A stretch of DNA of 64,000 nt from assembly GCA_043228905.1 (NCBI GenBank), contig JBHGNT010000017.1, positions 2,852,001 through 2,916,000 of the forward strand, written 5' to 3'. A program made the position numbers and the translations under genes. The DNA comes from Azolla caroliniana (lineage: Eukaryota > Plantae > Polypodiophyta). Under the pieces are notes generated by a model that searched no databases, was not told the DNA's origin, and was given only the letters and a program-made list of their open reading frames with translations. Shown one piece after another: positions 13,453-27,162 of the stretch. The stretch's first letter is position 1, and every line of letters begins with the position of its first letter.

Positions 13453-14470
13453 AAGGACTTTGCTCAACCACGATTGTCGGTCCCATAATTGGGTTAGTAA
13501 AATTAACCGATACTTTTTCCGACTCATTCTTTGTAATTTTGTATGCGACTTTTTCTGTAAATCGGGGTACTAATTTCAGCAACCCTGCCCGAGGTAACGT
13601 GGTTTGGCAATCTGCTAAGACTTGCCATGATTCATCCTATGTTGGTGATTGTTCCGCCATTTCTTCTGGTCGAATTCCCAAATCTATTAGTGTGTTGTTT
13701 AGTTCGTTATTCTCTTGCAGCATTCTGGCGACATTATTGTTGTTTGCCTCATCTACCCCTTCTTTAGCCACCTTCCAAATTGCTTCCCGTATTTCCCACT
13801 TGGAGTGTTTGGTTTTGCTGTGAGTTGTCATTTGTTGTACCTCTGCGGTTACCATATTCAGCGCTCGAGCCTTCCCTTTTTCCTTTGTTGGACACTGATT
13901 TGCATAGTGCTCGTCTTTTCTGCAAATCTAGTAAATAGGTTCTGTCGGTCCAATGGCTTCCCCATTTTCATAATGCGATTGTTGAACATCCTGTAGCTCT
14001 GGCTGGTCTCTAGTTTTAGAACTATATTCAAACTGTCTAGATGCCTCAGGCCGCCCATTGTCATCTCACCATCCATCACTGAATCAACAATTAATTTGTC
14101 GATTGTCATCATTCTCCTTTGAACATAAGATCGCCTGTCATCGTGATGTCAAGAACCTTTGTATGAACATCGATCATTTCTATCCTGGCGTGGTGAGTAA
14201 TCATGATCATATTTGTGACGAATCCCTTCTGTAATCATCTGGGTGGTCATTGTCCCTTCGATAATCATTGTAGCGATCATCCTTGCGATAATCATCCCGC
14301 TGATTTTGATCCGAATGATAACGATCCTCGTATCTCGGCCGATCATCGTCCCCAAACTGGCGCGTTTGTTGATTTCGATCATCTATTGTGACTCAGGAAA
14401 ATGGCCACTCGTTGTACATCTCCTGAAGTAGTTTCAGGTTTATAGGATCCTTTTTAATAACAAACTTAAA

Positions 14471-15057
14471 AGCTTCACCGAAACCAAGAGCAGGTGTTGC
14501 CTTCATTATAAACAAGAATCATTTGTGGAGAGTTCAGATAAAAACAATAATAAGACAAAATGTATGAGAACTGGATTAGATCACTATACATAGATAACCA
14601 GACTTACAGAGTGGAAGTATTCAATGAACTTCGGCTCCTTGAACACGATTGATCGATATTCTTCTGTTGAAATCAGAGCCTTCTCGTCCATGATAGCTCT
14701 CCACTCCAGCTTTGGCTTAACAGGAGGGTGCATTCCATGTTCTAATGTTGCAGCGGTGAACCGGTATAGAGTTCGAAAGTAAAGATGCTCCTCACCAAAC
14801 GATTGTTCAATAACTTCAAAGCTCCAAAGGCTCGAGAATCTAACATTTCAATATTGACCATGTATCAATCAGATATATTTTGAGGTCTATAGAAATTGAG
14901 ATCTGCAATGATATACAACAGGGTGTCAACCTGGTCAACTGAGTTGAATATATCCTCTTCAGCTATGTCAGATTTCCCAAACATGAGTAGGTCACGCATG
15001 TATTCATTGGTATTGTACCGTCTTGACTCTCACATTTCCTAATACAACTCAGAAAGG
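14471..15057 (-). pseudogene. PPC: Plant-type phosphoenolpyruvate carboxylase gene fragment with two introns and an internal deletion
   Basis: Hand translation: ..VVLGNVR..YNT..RDLLMFGKSDIAEEDIFNSVDQ|intron 14930-14840|[77 protein letters not shown] (14817-14608)|intron 14607-14501|ATPALGFGE. Confidence 0.93.
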
Positions 15058-15059
15058 GT

Positions 15060-17265
15060 TTGTGTACACCGTGGTTTTTTTCAATTCGGGTTTTCCATGT
15101 AAAATATCGTGAGTCCCTGATTCTCATTTTTCTATTGTTTCTCTGTTTGAACACTGTAGAAGTCGATCCCTTGCACCCAAACGAATACATGAAACCGGTT
15201 GTGGCCGGTCGAGATTCCTAAAAAGTGGTATCAGAGCCATGGAAGACTCTTTCGGCGGCATGTTCAAGCTAACCAACTCCAACTGCTCATTGTGGAAGTC
15301 GAAGATGAGAGACATGCTCATGTGCAAAGAGCTCTGAGTGTCGGTGCAATTCGAAGATAAAAGACTAGACAAGATTGATGCAGCAACTTGGGAAGTGTTG
15401 CATCTGAAGGCAGATGCATATATAAGATGTTTTATAGACACGAGTGTATACAACAACTTCGACAAAGAAACAAAAGCCAACGTCCTCTGGAAGAAGATTG
15501 GCGTAATGTTCGAAAACAAGAACGTCGTGAACAGAGTCTCCATTTTCAAAAAAATCGTGAGACTCCGGCATCAAGACGGCTCTAGCGTGGCGGAGCACAT
15601 TAAGTCCTTCGAAGTAGTGATAAACCAGACCACCTCTCTGGAAGTACCTCTTGCCGACGAGGTATTAGCTTTATTTTTGCTCGGATCCATTCCAGATAGC
15701 TGGGAGACACTTTGTTGTCACATTGGGCAACACCGGGCCGAAAGGGAAGCATCTATCCCTAGAGCAAGTGAAGTTCAACTTATTAAATGAGGAAGCTTGC
15801 CGGAAGGACCGAGAGACCAACACCGACCACAAGGCCTTGTCACAGAAAGTGACATGAATCGAAGAAGAGGCCGAAATCAAAGTCCCTAGAATCAAGATAA
15901 GTCGCGGACAAGGTCAAAGTCAAAGGGAAGGCCCACATGCTTTTATTGTGGGAAGCCGGGGCACTTTCAAAAGAATTACCGACACTTTCGAAAGGAGAAA
16001 GGGGCAGTTGATGGTGTAGAGCTGAAGAAAATACTGGGCAGAAAGAACACGTCAGCAATCGTCGCTAGTGAAGAGGAGTTGTTGTTCATTAGTGAACAAA
16101 ATGAAGTCAACCTCGCCGACGAAGAATCAACATGGGTGGTCTATTTGGGTGCGTCATTTCACCTAACCCCTGACCAAAAGTGCTTCTCATCATACAAGGC
16201 CGGAAACCACAATACTGTAAAAATGGGGAATGAAGGAGCACTTTATATGATAAACAGGTCTCCCTCGGTCCCACTGGAAGGTGACATACCACAAAGGGTA
16301 TGGTCCGGCAAAGAGGTGTCATATCAGCACCTAAGAGTATTTGGTTGCCTGGCCTATGTGCATTTAGCTAAGGAGTAGAGGGGGAAACTCGATCCCAAGA
16401 GCCGACCGTGCCTATTTCTCGGCTACGGCGACGATGAATTCGACTATCGGCTATGGAACTTAGCCGAGAAGAAAGTGATCCGGAGTGGCGATATTGTCCT
16501 CATGGAGGAAAAGACCATAGTGGATTGGGAGATTGAGAATAAGTCTCCAACTACCGAATCAAGCCGAGTCGATGCTCGGCTAAATTGAGTAGAAGTCGAC
16601 TCGATCAAAATCAAGTCCGAGAAAGTCGGCCGATTTAATACTCGGTAAAATCGAGAACCAACTGAAGAATAAGGGGAACCAGCCGAACAAAGAACTGAAA
16701 TGGACTCGATCGAAGAAGTCGAAGAAGAACCGACCGTGCTGAATGGAGGCCAAAGATATGCCCTGAGCGAGAGGAGGGCCCCCCATACATTTTCGGATGA
16801 AGAGTGTGTACTGTTAACAAGGGAGCCAGAGAGCTTTGAAGAAGCTAAGAAAGATGCCCACAACCGAAAGTGGTTAAGTGTCATGCCAGAGGAGATGGAT
16901 TCCTTGCATGAGAACCACACATACGAATTGACCGAGTTGCCGAAAGGGAAGAAGGCACTACGAAATAAGTGGGTATACAATTTGAAACCGGAAGATGGCG
17001 GAAATCCACCTAGGTATAAAGCCCGAATCATTGTGAACGGCTTTCAACAGAAGAAGGGTGTTGATTTCGACAAAATATTTGCCCTGGTCGTAAAAATGAC
17101 ATCAATCCGAACAATGTTGAGCATTGCAGCTAGCATGGATCTCGACGTCAAGACTGCCTTCCTCCATAGAGATTTGGAGGAAGAGATATACATGCACCAG
17201 TCGGAAGGATTCGAAGTGAAAGGTAAAGAAAACCTGGTATGCCGATTGAGAAAGAGCTTGTACAG
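15060..17265 (+). mobile_element. Truncated Tnt1/Tork-like copia (partial 5' LTR, PBS, gag, PR, deleted INT, partial RT)
   Basis: PBS TGGTATCAGAGCC 15226-15238; homologous to 31758-37483; junction KMGNEGA|LYMINRSPS (~16240) removes most of the integrase. Confidence 0.88.
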
Positions 17266-18501
17266 TGTCGCGGAAATCCGCGCATGCATGCGTGCAGGAT
17301 CTTAGGCGGGACCATGGGGGTCACGGACGAGGGAGTCGGATGGCAGAGGCCTTAAGCTTTGTGGGCTTCAGTCCGTTGGCTTTTGGTCCGGAATCAGCTT
17401 CCAGTCAGATCGGTTTGAAATCGGCTTCCGAATAGATCAGTCTGAATCGACTTCCGGATTAGCTTCTGAATCCGATGAAGGCGAGGTTCAAGAAAACAGT
17501 TCACCGCGATTAAGGACTCAACTCAAATATGTTACAATAGAAAATAGATGTACACCAATATATATATATATATATATATTACAAAAGGGTTTACAACAAG
17601 ATGCTTACATGCCACGAATCTGGTGGTTATTACAAACAATCGGCCAAACAACAAGTTAAGAATGGGAACCGGCGAAGGCGCGTCAAGTGGGCCCGGAGAC
17701 TACGACGTCCACCATTGGTCTTGCCCCGAAGACGGTGGAGTGCTCTCGTGCCACTTCCCCCTCCCTTCTTGAACCGGCCGCCACACGAAACGTGGGAACC
17801 ATCAAAGGCAAGTCAAGTTGGCCCCGAGACCACGACGTCCACTATTATTCTCACCCCAAAGTCGGTGGAGTGCTCCCATGCCACTTCGCCCTCACGTCTC
17901 GAACTGGCCGCCACACGATGTCGTGAAGATTTTCGGCCACGGTGTGAAACCGGGGTGGAAAGGGCAAATCGGCGGTGTGCAACATGTGCACATGTATAGT
18001 AAGGAAACAGTGTATAGAATAAGGGGGAGTATTGATCCCACATTGCAACGTCTCTCCCTCCTTGGGCTATAAAAGGAATGGAGGGGACTCTTATAAGGGG
18101 TTGCCCATTTTGAGTTAGGAGGGTATACCGTTAGAGTTAGGGTTAGGCAGTTTCTCTTGTTCTTATTTTGTTCTTGGGTTTCTTTTTGGGGAGTTTCTTT
18201 CTTTCTTCTTCTTCATCGTGGCGTGGGTCGAGAGTTCGTGTCTGTTTAGGGTTTGCTTCTACTCGGTCTCCTGTGGAAGACCCCGCTCGGCGCGACGAGC
18301 CCGAGAGCTCCCCGATCGGCGGCTTGGCAGCAAATTGTTGTTGTAACCTGCCCTACCTTAATCCGGCTCGAAGCCGGGGTTGTATCTTTCTCTTGTAATT
18401 ATATATATAGAAGGTTGTGCATATTTGTGTCTCTATTGGTGTGGGGAGTGTTTATTTCCCTTCGTTTCCTGTACATAAGAGGTGTGTGTTGAGTCGATGA
18501 T

Positions 18502-18537
<36 letters not shown>

Positions 18538-18680
18538 CCCTCTCTCGTGTTCGGTAGCCGTCGGTACGCATCCAGAATTGCTCCGGCTTGCGCCACAACC
18601 AGTGCAGTCGGGACTGGAGAGAAGTTGGCTTCTCGGCACCCATCACTTCCTCGTCTGAAGGGGTCGCCCATTTTGTCCAA
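17266..18680. mobile_element. Two LTR fragments of the TGTCG-terminated gypsy group (minus-oriented from 17266; plus-oriented from 17919)
   Basis: 17266 matches the U5 end seen at 41413 and 58470; 17919 tgtcgtgaagattttcggccacggtgtgaaacc matches the LTR start at 37878; TATA ~18068. The far ends were not resolved. Confidence 0.6.
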
Positions 18681-19292
18681 CTAGGATATGCTTGTTTGGA
18701 TTAGTGATCTTAGGATTTGTGAATAACTTAATACATGATTGGTTGTCACAAAATATCTTCATGTCCATAAGCTTAAAGATATCAAGTTCTTCGATTATGG
18801 TTTTGATCCACAATCCTTCTTTGGTCGTTAGAACGGCTGCCACATACTCAACTACAATGCTTGAAAGCGCTACAAATACTTGTCGTTTGTGTTTCCAAGC
18901 GATTGCGGCACCACCAAATATAAAAACCATGCCTAATGTTAAGCGGGAGGTATCAAGATCCTCCCCCCCCCCCCTCCCAAATCTGAATCCGTCCAACCAA
19001 CTAGAGAAGTCTTGAGTAATTCACTAGGTTGTGACGAATTCTTGGATTGGAAGGTTCGATATATGAGACCCATATCCTTCAGGTTGGTATATTGGAGATA
19101 TCGTAGAACATGTTTAAGTGCTTGCCAATGTGCAAGTCTAGGATTTTGCATAAATCTAGAAAGAAAACCTGCACAATAAGAAAGATCGGGACGAGTGCAA
19201 CTCACAAGATACCTTATACTGCCTAAACTTGGGCAATAAGGGAGTGATTTGATAATTTGTTCTTGTTCAATTGACATCGAGCATGGAACCGT

Positions 19293-20089
19293 TGTTGCGA
19301 AGATTCGCGAGCTTGTTGTCCGGGTGGGACCACGGGGGTCTCAGACTAGGGAGTGAGCACGAGCACACCACCACACACCACACACCACACACCACATGAA
19401 CCAAGGACCACGTACCATGAAAGTGAACCGCACTAACATCACGAACCTTAAACCATCCGAATAGCAAGCACACGGGCTCGCAACGACGAACGGGGGTCAA
19501 CGTCAAACCAACGAGCCTCGGGCTCATGAGCACCTCCAACAACTCGAGCACTTTGAGTGCCAACACCAACACAAGGTCGCGGACACACCTCAAAGAGGAG
19601 ATGGAGAGAGAGAGAGAGAGAGAGAATGAGAAAGATCAAGCACCTCAAGAAACACCAAAACAAAGAAGAGAAGAAAAAGTTGTGGAAGCAAAAACCCTAG
19701 TATGGTGAGGAGAGAGAAGGAGTAGAAGTAGGAGCCCTACATACCAATCTAGAGGAAGATGAGAGAAGAACCCATTAACCCTAAACCCAAGATGAAGTAG
19801 GAGAAAAGAAACTAGTTAGGGAAACCCTAACGACACACCTCCAACTCAAGATGAGGGACCCCCAACCCTCGAAAAGAAAAGAAAGGAAGATGAACCCGAA
19901 ACCCTAATGGTCTACCTCTAAAGCCCAAAATGGCCGACCCTAAATAAGCCCTCTTCTCCCATTATAGAAGAAAAGAGGCGCCTCTCTCGACATTAAATGC
20001 ATTGGCTATTTATTCCCTTCAAAAAGTAATTGACTTGTGAAACCTCCCTTTTCCTCGTTTTCCACCTTTGGCCATGCCACATCACGACA
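19293..20089 (-). mobile_element. Solo LTR of the TGTCG gypsy group, 4-bp TSD CCGT
   Basis: TG...CA ends with CCGT on both sides; removing it restores the copia frame PISTPMTVPCS. Confidence 0.85.
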
Positions 20090-20348
20090 CCGTCATAGGA
20101 GTCGAGATTGGCTTCCAATCAACCATCTCGAACTTTTGAAGAATATCATCCACCAATTTTCGTTGTGTTAAGGTTAGAGTTCCTTCTATGAGATTGAGTT
20201 ACCTTGATTCCAAGACAATATTCGAGAGGTCCAAGATCTTTCATTGGGAACTTCTCTTTTAATTGATTTATTGTCTTCCTTATTGAAGCTATAGAATTAG
20301 AAGTAATCAGTAAATCATCCACATAAACATGAATAGTTACATAGACAG

Positions 20349-21673
20349 TGTTACCCATATAGTTGTACGGGAGGGTTAAGGTGTAGTGTGTAAGATGTAA
20401 TGTGTAACATGAAATGTTAATGTGTGAGGGTGAGGAAGAGTGTGTACACATGCACATTTGGTTTTTTGTGTGGATGTGTACAAATGTGAGAGACAGAAGT
20501 TAGTAGGTGTAACTACCCCCATTTGGTTTTTTGTACGGTCTTCATCTTGTACTATATAAACCCCCCACCCATGGTGCATGAAAAACATGGAAGAATGATA
20601 GTGAAGTTACCCCCCTCAATTTGTGTCTAATTTTCCCACTCATTCTCTCTTGGTGTGTGTGTATCTCTCTCTCTTGCCTAACATTCGAACCCCCTTGGGA
20701 GGGGGCTGGAGTCGTTCTTGGCTCCAACCCCCACCCATCAACACATGGCACACCCTAAAGCCGACCCTCCCAAGAGAAGAAGTCTCTCTCTCACTGTGTT
20801 TGTCTATGCAGGATACACTCACTCTCCCTCTCCATTAGTAATCTCTCTCTCCCTGTCCGCGTGTTTGTTAGCCTCTATGTTAGAGAGTGTGGTTTGTGCG
20901 TGGACTCTCTATGTGAGAGCCAACCTGCGATGGCTATGGAAATGGAGCAAGAAGAACACCTATTAGATTTGGAAATCATCTGTTCATCCTCTCTCTCTTT
21001 GATCCTCCCGTGAAAAATGATGTTCTGATAGTACTTGGCACGTATTTCAATGATTCTTAGCGTTAAGCTACAAAATATACGAGTGTAATTTCGAAGCCTA
21101 TGCGTATAAACAATGTACCTAGTGTTGCAACTATTGCTTATAGTCTTGATAAGAAGGCTATAAGCGTTGGTTTTTGTTCATGACAACCTCATCTTGAAAC
21201 GTGTTGCTGCTATTCAACATGAGAGGTAAACAGAGCCGACCGACAACTAGTTGGACGACGACAGTCAGATAGAGAGATAGTTGGCTATAGAAACAGACGG
21301 CGGCCAGAGACGGCCTGGAAAGCAGGCGAGAAGAGCTTGGGCCAGCCGAGATAGCCAGAGAGCTCGGCCGAGACAATGGACCAAATGGGGTTGGCCGGAA
21401 AAACGGTCCGGAAACTGTCAGACGAAGACAGGCGACACGGAAACAGCCACAGATAAAGCCGGACAGCCGAGTGATATCCGGCCGAGAGCGTGATGGCCAA
21501 GGGACAGCTATTCGAGCGCCATTTGAGCGATGGTTGAGCTAGTGACAACTGAGGACAACCGTCCAACCGCCGGTTTAGGTTATTTTCTCATTCTCTCTCG
21601 GTGTGTCTCTCTACCTCTCTCCCCGCGCATATAAACCCCCTTGGGAGGGGGGTGGAGCCACCACCCATCAATA
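20349..21673 (+). mobile_element. Non-coding LTR-like insertion (TRIM-like or chimeric) in copia D RT
   Basis: Degenerate TSD GACAG/GATAA; removal restores YIRKEG.YVTIHVYVDD; similar aacccccttgg..cacccatcaa ends at ~20745 and 21673. Confidence 0.55.
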
Positions 21674-22586
21674 GATAACGCCTTCCTTGCGAATATAGAT
21701 ATCCGGTTCGGCTTGAAGACAATTGAAGCCGATAGAAACAAGGTAAGTATGTGTTTGAAATGGCACATCTGCAAAGATTGTTTTAGACAATACAATGATT
21801 TGTGGAGTTTACAAACATATAAATCTCCATATAAATCTCCTCCTCGAGACCTCCATGTAGAAAAGAGGTCTAAATGTGGAGATGATGGAGTTCGAGGTTA
21901 AGGCTAGTAGAAATCGAGAACATTAACCGAAGAGGCACCATCTTTAAGGTAGGTGCAAAAGTATCTTTAAAATCTATGCCCAGGATTTGTGAAAATCCTC
22001 TAGCAACAACACGTGCCTTAAATCAAACCACAACGCCATGGGCGTTAGTTTTCTAGGTAAGGACCCATTTGCATGAAATGACATTTCGATCTTGGGGGCA
22101 TGGAACTAAGGTCCTTGTCTTATTTCGATTTAAAGCACCCATTTCGGCTTGCATTGTGGCCTCCCATTGAGTAGCATCGTGACCATGAAGGGCATTCTCT
22201 GGTGGTAAGTCAAAAACTTGATCATGATCATCCATAAAATCATCATCAATATCATTATTGTCGACATCAACCAATAACATTTCAATTGGTTCAGTAATCT
22301 CTGTAAGCTCATTAATATTCTTAAATTTTCTTTTGATTGTAGGTTTTCTTCATTTTAATTGTTGAAAATACTCTTCATCCTTAAGATTTGAGTGTGGTGA
22401 AGCACTAAGAATTGAGTTCTTGGAGAAATTTGCATGTGAGACATCCTTATTAGTTCCTCTGGGGTCGTTGAAATTATCAACAACTTTAGGCGAGATATCA
22501 AGAGAGGATGAAGACGACAAAACATGAACTAGAGTTGATTGACTTTCTTTAACATTTTCGCGTTCACAAGTGGGAGGACCGCGCAC

Positions 22587-23379
22587 CAAGGTTGTTAGGT
22601 ACGTTAGGTACGGTACGGATACCATACGTATTTAACGTATTAATACCCGTATAGTACCTCCCAATTTAAAAATATGTTAAATACATTTTCTTAATATGTT
22701 AAATACTTATAAAATACGTAAATACTTCTAGAATTTAAAAAATTATTTACCTTTCTAAAAAATATCTATAATATTGTAAAAAACATCTATGTTTACACAA
22801 TTTTGTGATGTACAATATAGTTCTACATCCTAAAATGCATATAAGACATTTGAACATTTCACATCCTAAAATACCTGTAGTAATATGGATGTCGACATTC
22901 CCTTATTCTATAAATCAGTGTAAGTGTGTATCACGATGTTCTACTTCAAATTGTAATTATTTACAATTATGCCTTCATAGATTGAGGAATCGTCTATGAT
23001 TATCACACTCATGATAGGTTTCTCTTTTCTTCGTTTTCTTCTTCTTCTTCTATCTTCTACGATTATCACACTCAGGACATGTATATGTCTTCATTTCTCT
23101 CTTCTTCTTCTTTATCGTCGTCTCTTCTATTCTTCTTTCGTCCTTCCTTTGGTTTCTTTTTCACTAAAATCTTTTTTTTCTTTTGCTTTTGTTAGGGTTT
23201 TACTTACATTTTCTTTATAAATACGTATTATACCTATTTTTGTATAAATACGTTAAATACCGTATTGGACAAATGTGAATGATATTTGACTGAACAACAT
23301 TGAGGTATAATACGTACTATACAAATGATGAGGTACTATACGTATTTAAACGTTAAATACGGGTACATAAACAACCATG
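22587..23379. mobile_element. hAT-type MITE (793 bp) inserted in the left TIR of the previous element
   Basis: TIRs CAAGGTTGTT / CATGGTTGTT; 8-bp TSD ccgcgcac/ctgcgcac; subterminal TACG repeats. Confidence 0.85.
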
Positions 23380-23925
23380 CTGCGCACAAATGGAAGGATA
23401 AAGAATATTTCATCTAATCTTGGGGCTTTTTTGGCCATTTCACAAAACACCATAATACCAGTATCACATGTTCTCGAAAACTTGATAAAAATGCTAAAAA
23501 TTTCACCATTTGCTAAAATTGGGATGTCAAAATTTGGCCAAATACGAAAAGTAACTTTGTGTATTTTAAAGGAAAAATGACAACTACTAATTTTTTAGAT
23601 CTTAAAGAAATCAAAAGCAAAAGATTTCAAAACAATTAGCTTTTATCATTGAATAAAATGTTGTCTAAATCTGTTACATATCTTGCACAAAATATACATT
23701 CAGGAGTTATTTGTATCATTGTGATCACTCCTTTCATGAGAGTCACTATTATAGCTAATATACAATTATGACTCGTCCTCCTCATTTTCAAATGTACCAA
23801 TCAAAGCACTGTCTTCATCTAAAACCAAATGGTGTCTCCAAATTATGTGCACTAAATCTTGTTCACCTTCAATCTAGGACACCTTCTAGACTTGGTAATT
23901 TCTCTTTTATTATTTCTATCGTTGA

Positions 23926-24845
23926 CATCCAACTTTTGTTAGTGTAAAGTCATACACAATGATTACTTTCGACACAGTTATTCTAAAAACAAATATTTCA
24001 TTACAATTTGATACAATGTAACGAATTTAGATTGCAATACAATTTGATACTCAGGTTCAAAATGTTTTGATCACAATTGGTTGGATTCTTAGTATCGAGT
24101 TCAGGTTTAACGTTTATTTTTATTTCTATTTCTGTAACTATCGAATTGTGATGAAAGCATCATAATTCGAAACCTAAATTCAATACTAACTCAGATTGTG
24201 ATGAAAACACTCTATTTTCATCACAACTCGATACTAAGTATCGAGTTCAGGTTTAAAGGTTTTTTTTATTTTTTGAAAAAGAGTTGAAAACAAATTGGAA
24301 ACAAATAATATTTAAGTTCAGGTTTAAAGGTTTTTTTTATTTTTTGAAAAAGAGTTGAAAACAAATTGGAAACAAATAATATTTAAACCTAGTATCGAGT
24401 AGTGATGGAAATAGAGTGTTTTCATCAGAATTCGATTCTTAGTCTTGAATTCAGGTTTCGAATTGTGATGCTTTCATCACAATTCGATACTTACAAAATA
24501 AAATAAAATAAAAAACTTTAAACCTGAACTCGATACTAAGTATCGAATTGTAATAAAATCAACCTATTTTCATCATAATTCAATACTTAGTATCGAATTC
24601 AAGTTTCAAATTGTGATATTTTCATCACAATTCGATACTTAGTACCGAATTTAGGTTTAAAGTTTTGAATTATTATTTTCTTCAAAATAAAATAAAAACT
24701 TTGATCCTAAGTTTGAATCTGAATTCGAATTGTACTGCAATCTGAATTCGTTACATTGTATCAAATTGTACTGAAATCTCTGTTTTAAAATAAGTGCGTC
24801 GATGGTAATCATTGTGTATGACTTTACACCAACAAGAGTTGGATG
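23926..24845. repeat. Fold-back element: ~920-bp quasi-palindrome with internal tcgatact(t/a)agtatcga motifs
   Basis: More than 130 bp of terminal inverted homology (catccaac...gttggatg); TSD not identified. Confidence 0.8.
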
Positions 24846-26774
24846 AGCAAGTGACTTTCATTCACATGAGGATTAAAGCGCTAACGTTTTCACCATGGAT
24901 CGCATGAACCAATTCCTCCATTAACTAGTGAACTTGGGAGGTTATTGATTTTGACAACGAACTAGTAGAGGACCCTACTATTGCTTGCCTATGTGGAGTA
25001 GATACTACTGCACAAATTTTCGAGGAGAGTTCTCAAAAGGAAGAAGAGGACAGAAATTTGGATAGCCTAATAACTGTGTGATATGTTCGAAGGATGTATT
25101 AATGTTCACATCTAGGTTTTTGACAGTTTTGATAGTTCATGAATATTGTCTACATTTGTGGAGTTCTGACTTTATGGATGTGGATGAGCACTAAATTTAT
25201 AGATGTTGATGACACTTCTAGAACCTACATCTCCTCAAGATAGTAAAACCATTAATCTTAACTTGTTCTTTGAGTTAACCATTGTGATTGTCCTTAAGTT
25301 AACCATATTTCATATCTGTAGACCAACAACATTTAAACATTTATCGAAAAACTATTGAATTTTAGAAATGATCATTTTGACACTTGTTAAATCTCAAAAA
25401 AGCGGCAAATTTTATATGTTATTTACGACATGTGATACTGGTGTATCAACTTTCTAAAAATTGCCTAAAATCGCAAATTATAAAAGGAATCTAATAATGG
25501 AATGCGCAATCCTTCCACTTCTAAACACGAACATGTTCTTTGTTCATTTGATGAAGTTTGTCCATTAGTGAATTTGATTGTTGTTGTTGTTGTCAACCAT
25601 CTTCATCTTTACTTGATTGATTTGGATGGTAGTGGCGGACACTCGATTTAAATGGAATTTGATGATGATAATGTGTTACTTCACTTTGAATTGTTGCATC
25701 CTCAACAAGCTTTTGCACTCGTTCTCTAGTAATAGTTAGTGCCTTTGTGCTCTTTTCTATGCAAGATATTCAAAGGCATTAGCAAGTTTGTATTAATATT
25801 TTCATGAGAATGTTCTACCTTGGTAGGGAGATTTGATAAGAGACCCTCCTTATCGAATGTAACTGATCGACTAAATAAATATTTCTTTGTCTTGAGATCA
25901 AATAATTTGTAGGCTTTGACTTTGGTCGACTTCGTAACCAACAAAAATTCCTTTTCTAGCATGTGGATCTAATTTTCTCCTTTTCTCTTGTGGAATATGA
26001 TCGTATGCCATGACACCAAATACACAAAGGTCTGAAAGATTTGGTTTATCACCAAACCACATTGCATATGGAGTATTCAAACCAAGAGCTTTATGAGGTG
26101 ATTGGTTTTGAAGGTAGCAAGCGGTTGTGATCGCCTCTTGCCAAAATGTGAAGTCCCACAACTTGTAGCATACTCCGACTAGCATCCAAGAGTGTTCGGT
26201 TCTTACGTTCAACGACTCCATTTTGTTGTGGATTATAAGGAACGGTATGTTTAGGCCTAATGCCATGCTCTTGACAAAACTTTATCCATCCATGTGTGAA
26301 TATTCACCACCATTGTCCTTTCTTATTGTGTTTATTTTACTTTGACATTGATTTTCCACATAAGCTTTATAAGTTGTGAAAGCATTAAAAGCCTCAGATT
26401 TTGCTTTCAAGAAATATATAATTGTGAATCTTGTATGCTCATCAATAAACGAAATAACGTACTTGTTACCATCCAATGACGTACTCGGCATTGGTCCACA
26501 TAAATCCAAGTGAACTAATTGTAGCCTTCTTTCAATTTGACTCGCACTATGTGGGAATTGTTGACGACTTTGCTTTCCGAAAATACAAGCTTCACATAAT
26601 GGCAAGTGCCTAAAAGGTTTTGTCGGCATTCTATCACTTAACTTGTGTATTTGAATGGTTTTCATCGACTTTGGATTCAAATGTCCAAGACGATACTGCC
26701 AAAGTAGGGTGGTATTGGTGATGATGTTGCCTATGTTGTGTGTGCGTCAATTTGTGTTTCCTCCATTTGAAGAG

Positions 26775-27162
26775 CGTTGAGAATCAAGCTCAACCTAGTC
26801 TAGTGTGTAAACACACCTTGAGAGTGTATGAACACTCAAAGGTCAAACGTCACCACTACTCTCTACACATTATGTGTTGTTGAATCATATTCTATGACAC
26901 ATAACTAATGAGTTTCCACTTTTCCCATGACCGATGAGCTTTGGTAGTTAATGAATAGAGAGGGTGACTATATAAAGTACCCTCCAACTTTAAAATGTGT
27001 CGGTTAATCTCCTTTGTAATATACAGTTCTCTTGCGTATTTCTATTTTTCACCTATCTTGTGTTTCTCTCCTCTTCTCTTTTCAAACACACACACACACA
27101 CACACACACACAACACATCTCTAACCTATTCCGCTGCACAGAATCACCATCGATTCTTTACA
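26775..27162 (+). mobile_element. Solo LTR related to copia family C, TSD AAGAG
   Basis: (C)GTTGAGAATCAAGCTCAAC...TTTACA with AAGAG on both flanks. Confidence 0.9.

Larger units (their letters stand above)
6306..14440 (-). mobile_element. Degenerate non-chromovirus Ty3/gypsy remnant (gag, protease, RT), split by copia B1
   Basis: IVDGGSGVN protease motif (~7740), RYRLNPNY and decayed RT (6400-7060), gag-like fragments 13453-14440; many stops and frameshifts. Confidence 0.75.
22559..25529. mobile_element. Non-autonomous DNA transposon with long imperfect TIRs
   Basis: Left cgcgttcacaagtgggaggaccgcgca vs right reverse complement cgtgtttagaagtggaaggattgcgca, plus inner ccagtatcacatgt; flanks aacatttt/aacatgtt (8 bp, 1 mismatch). 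Confidence 0.7.

Noticed and set aside
17266-18680. A complete element formed by the two TGTCG LTR starts
   Set aside because: Opposite orientations and no closing CA plus TSD found; reported as fragments.
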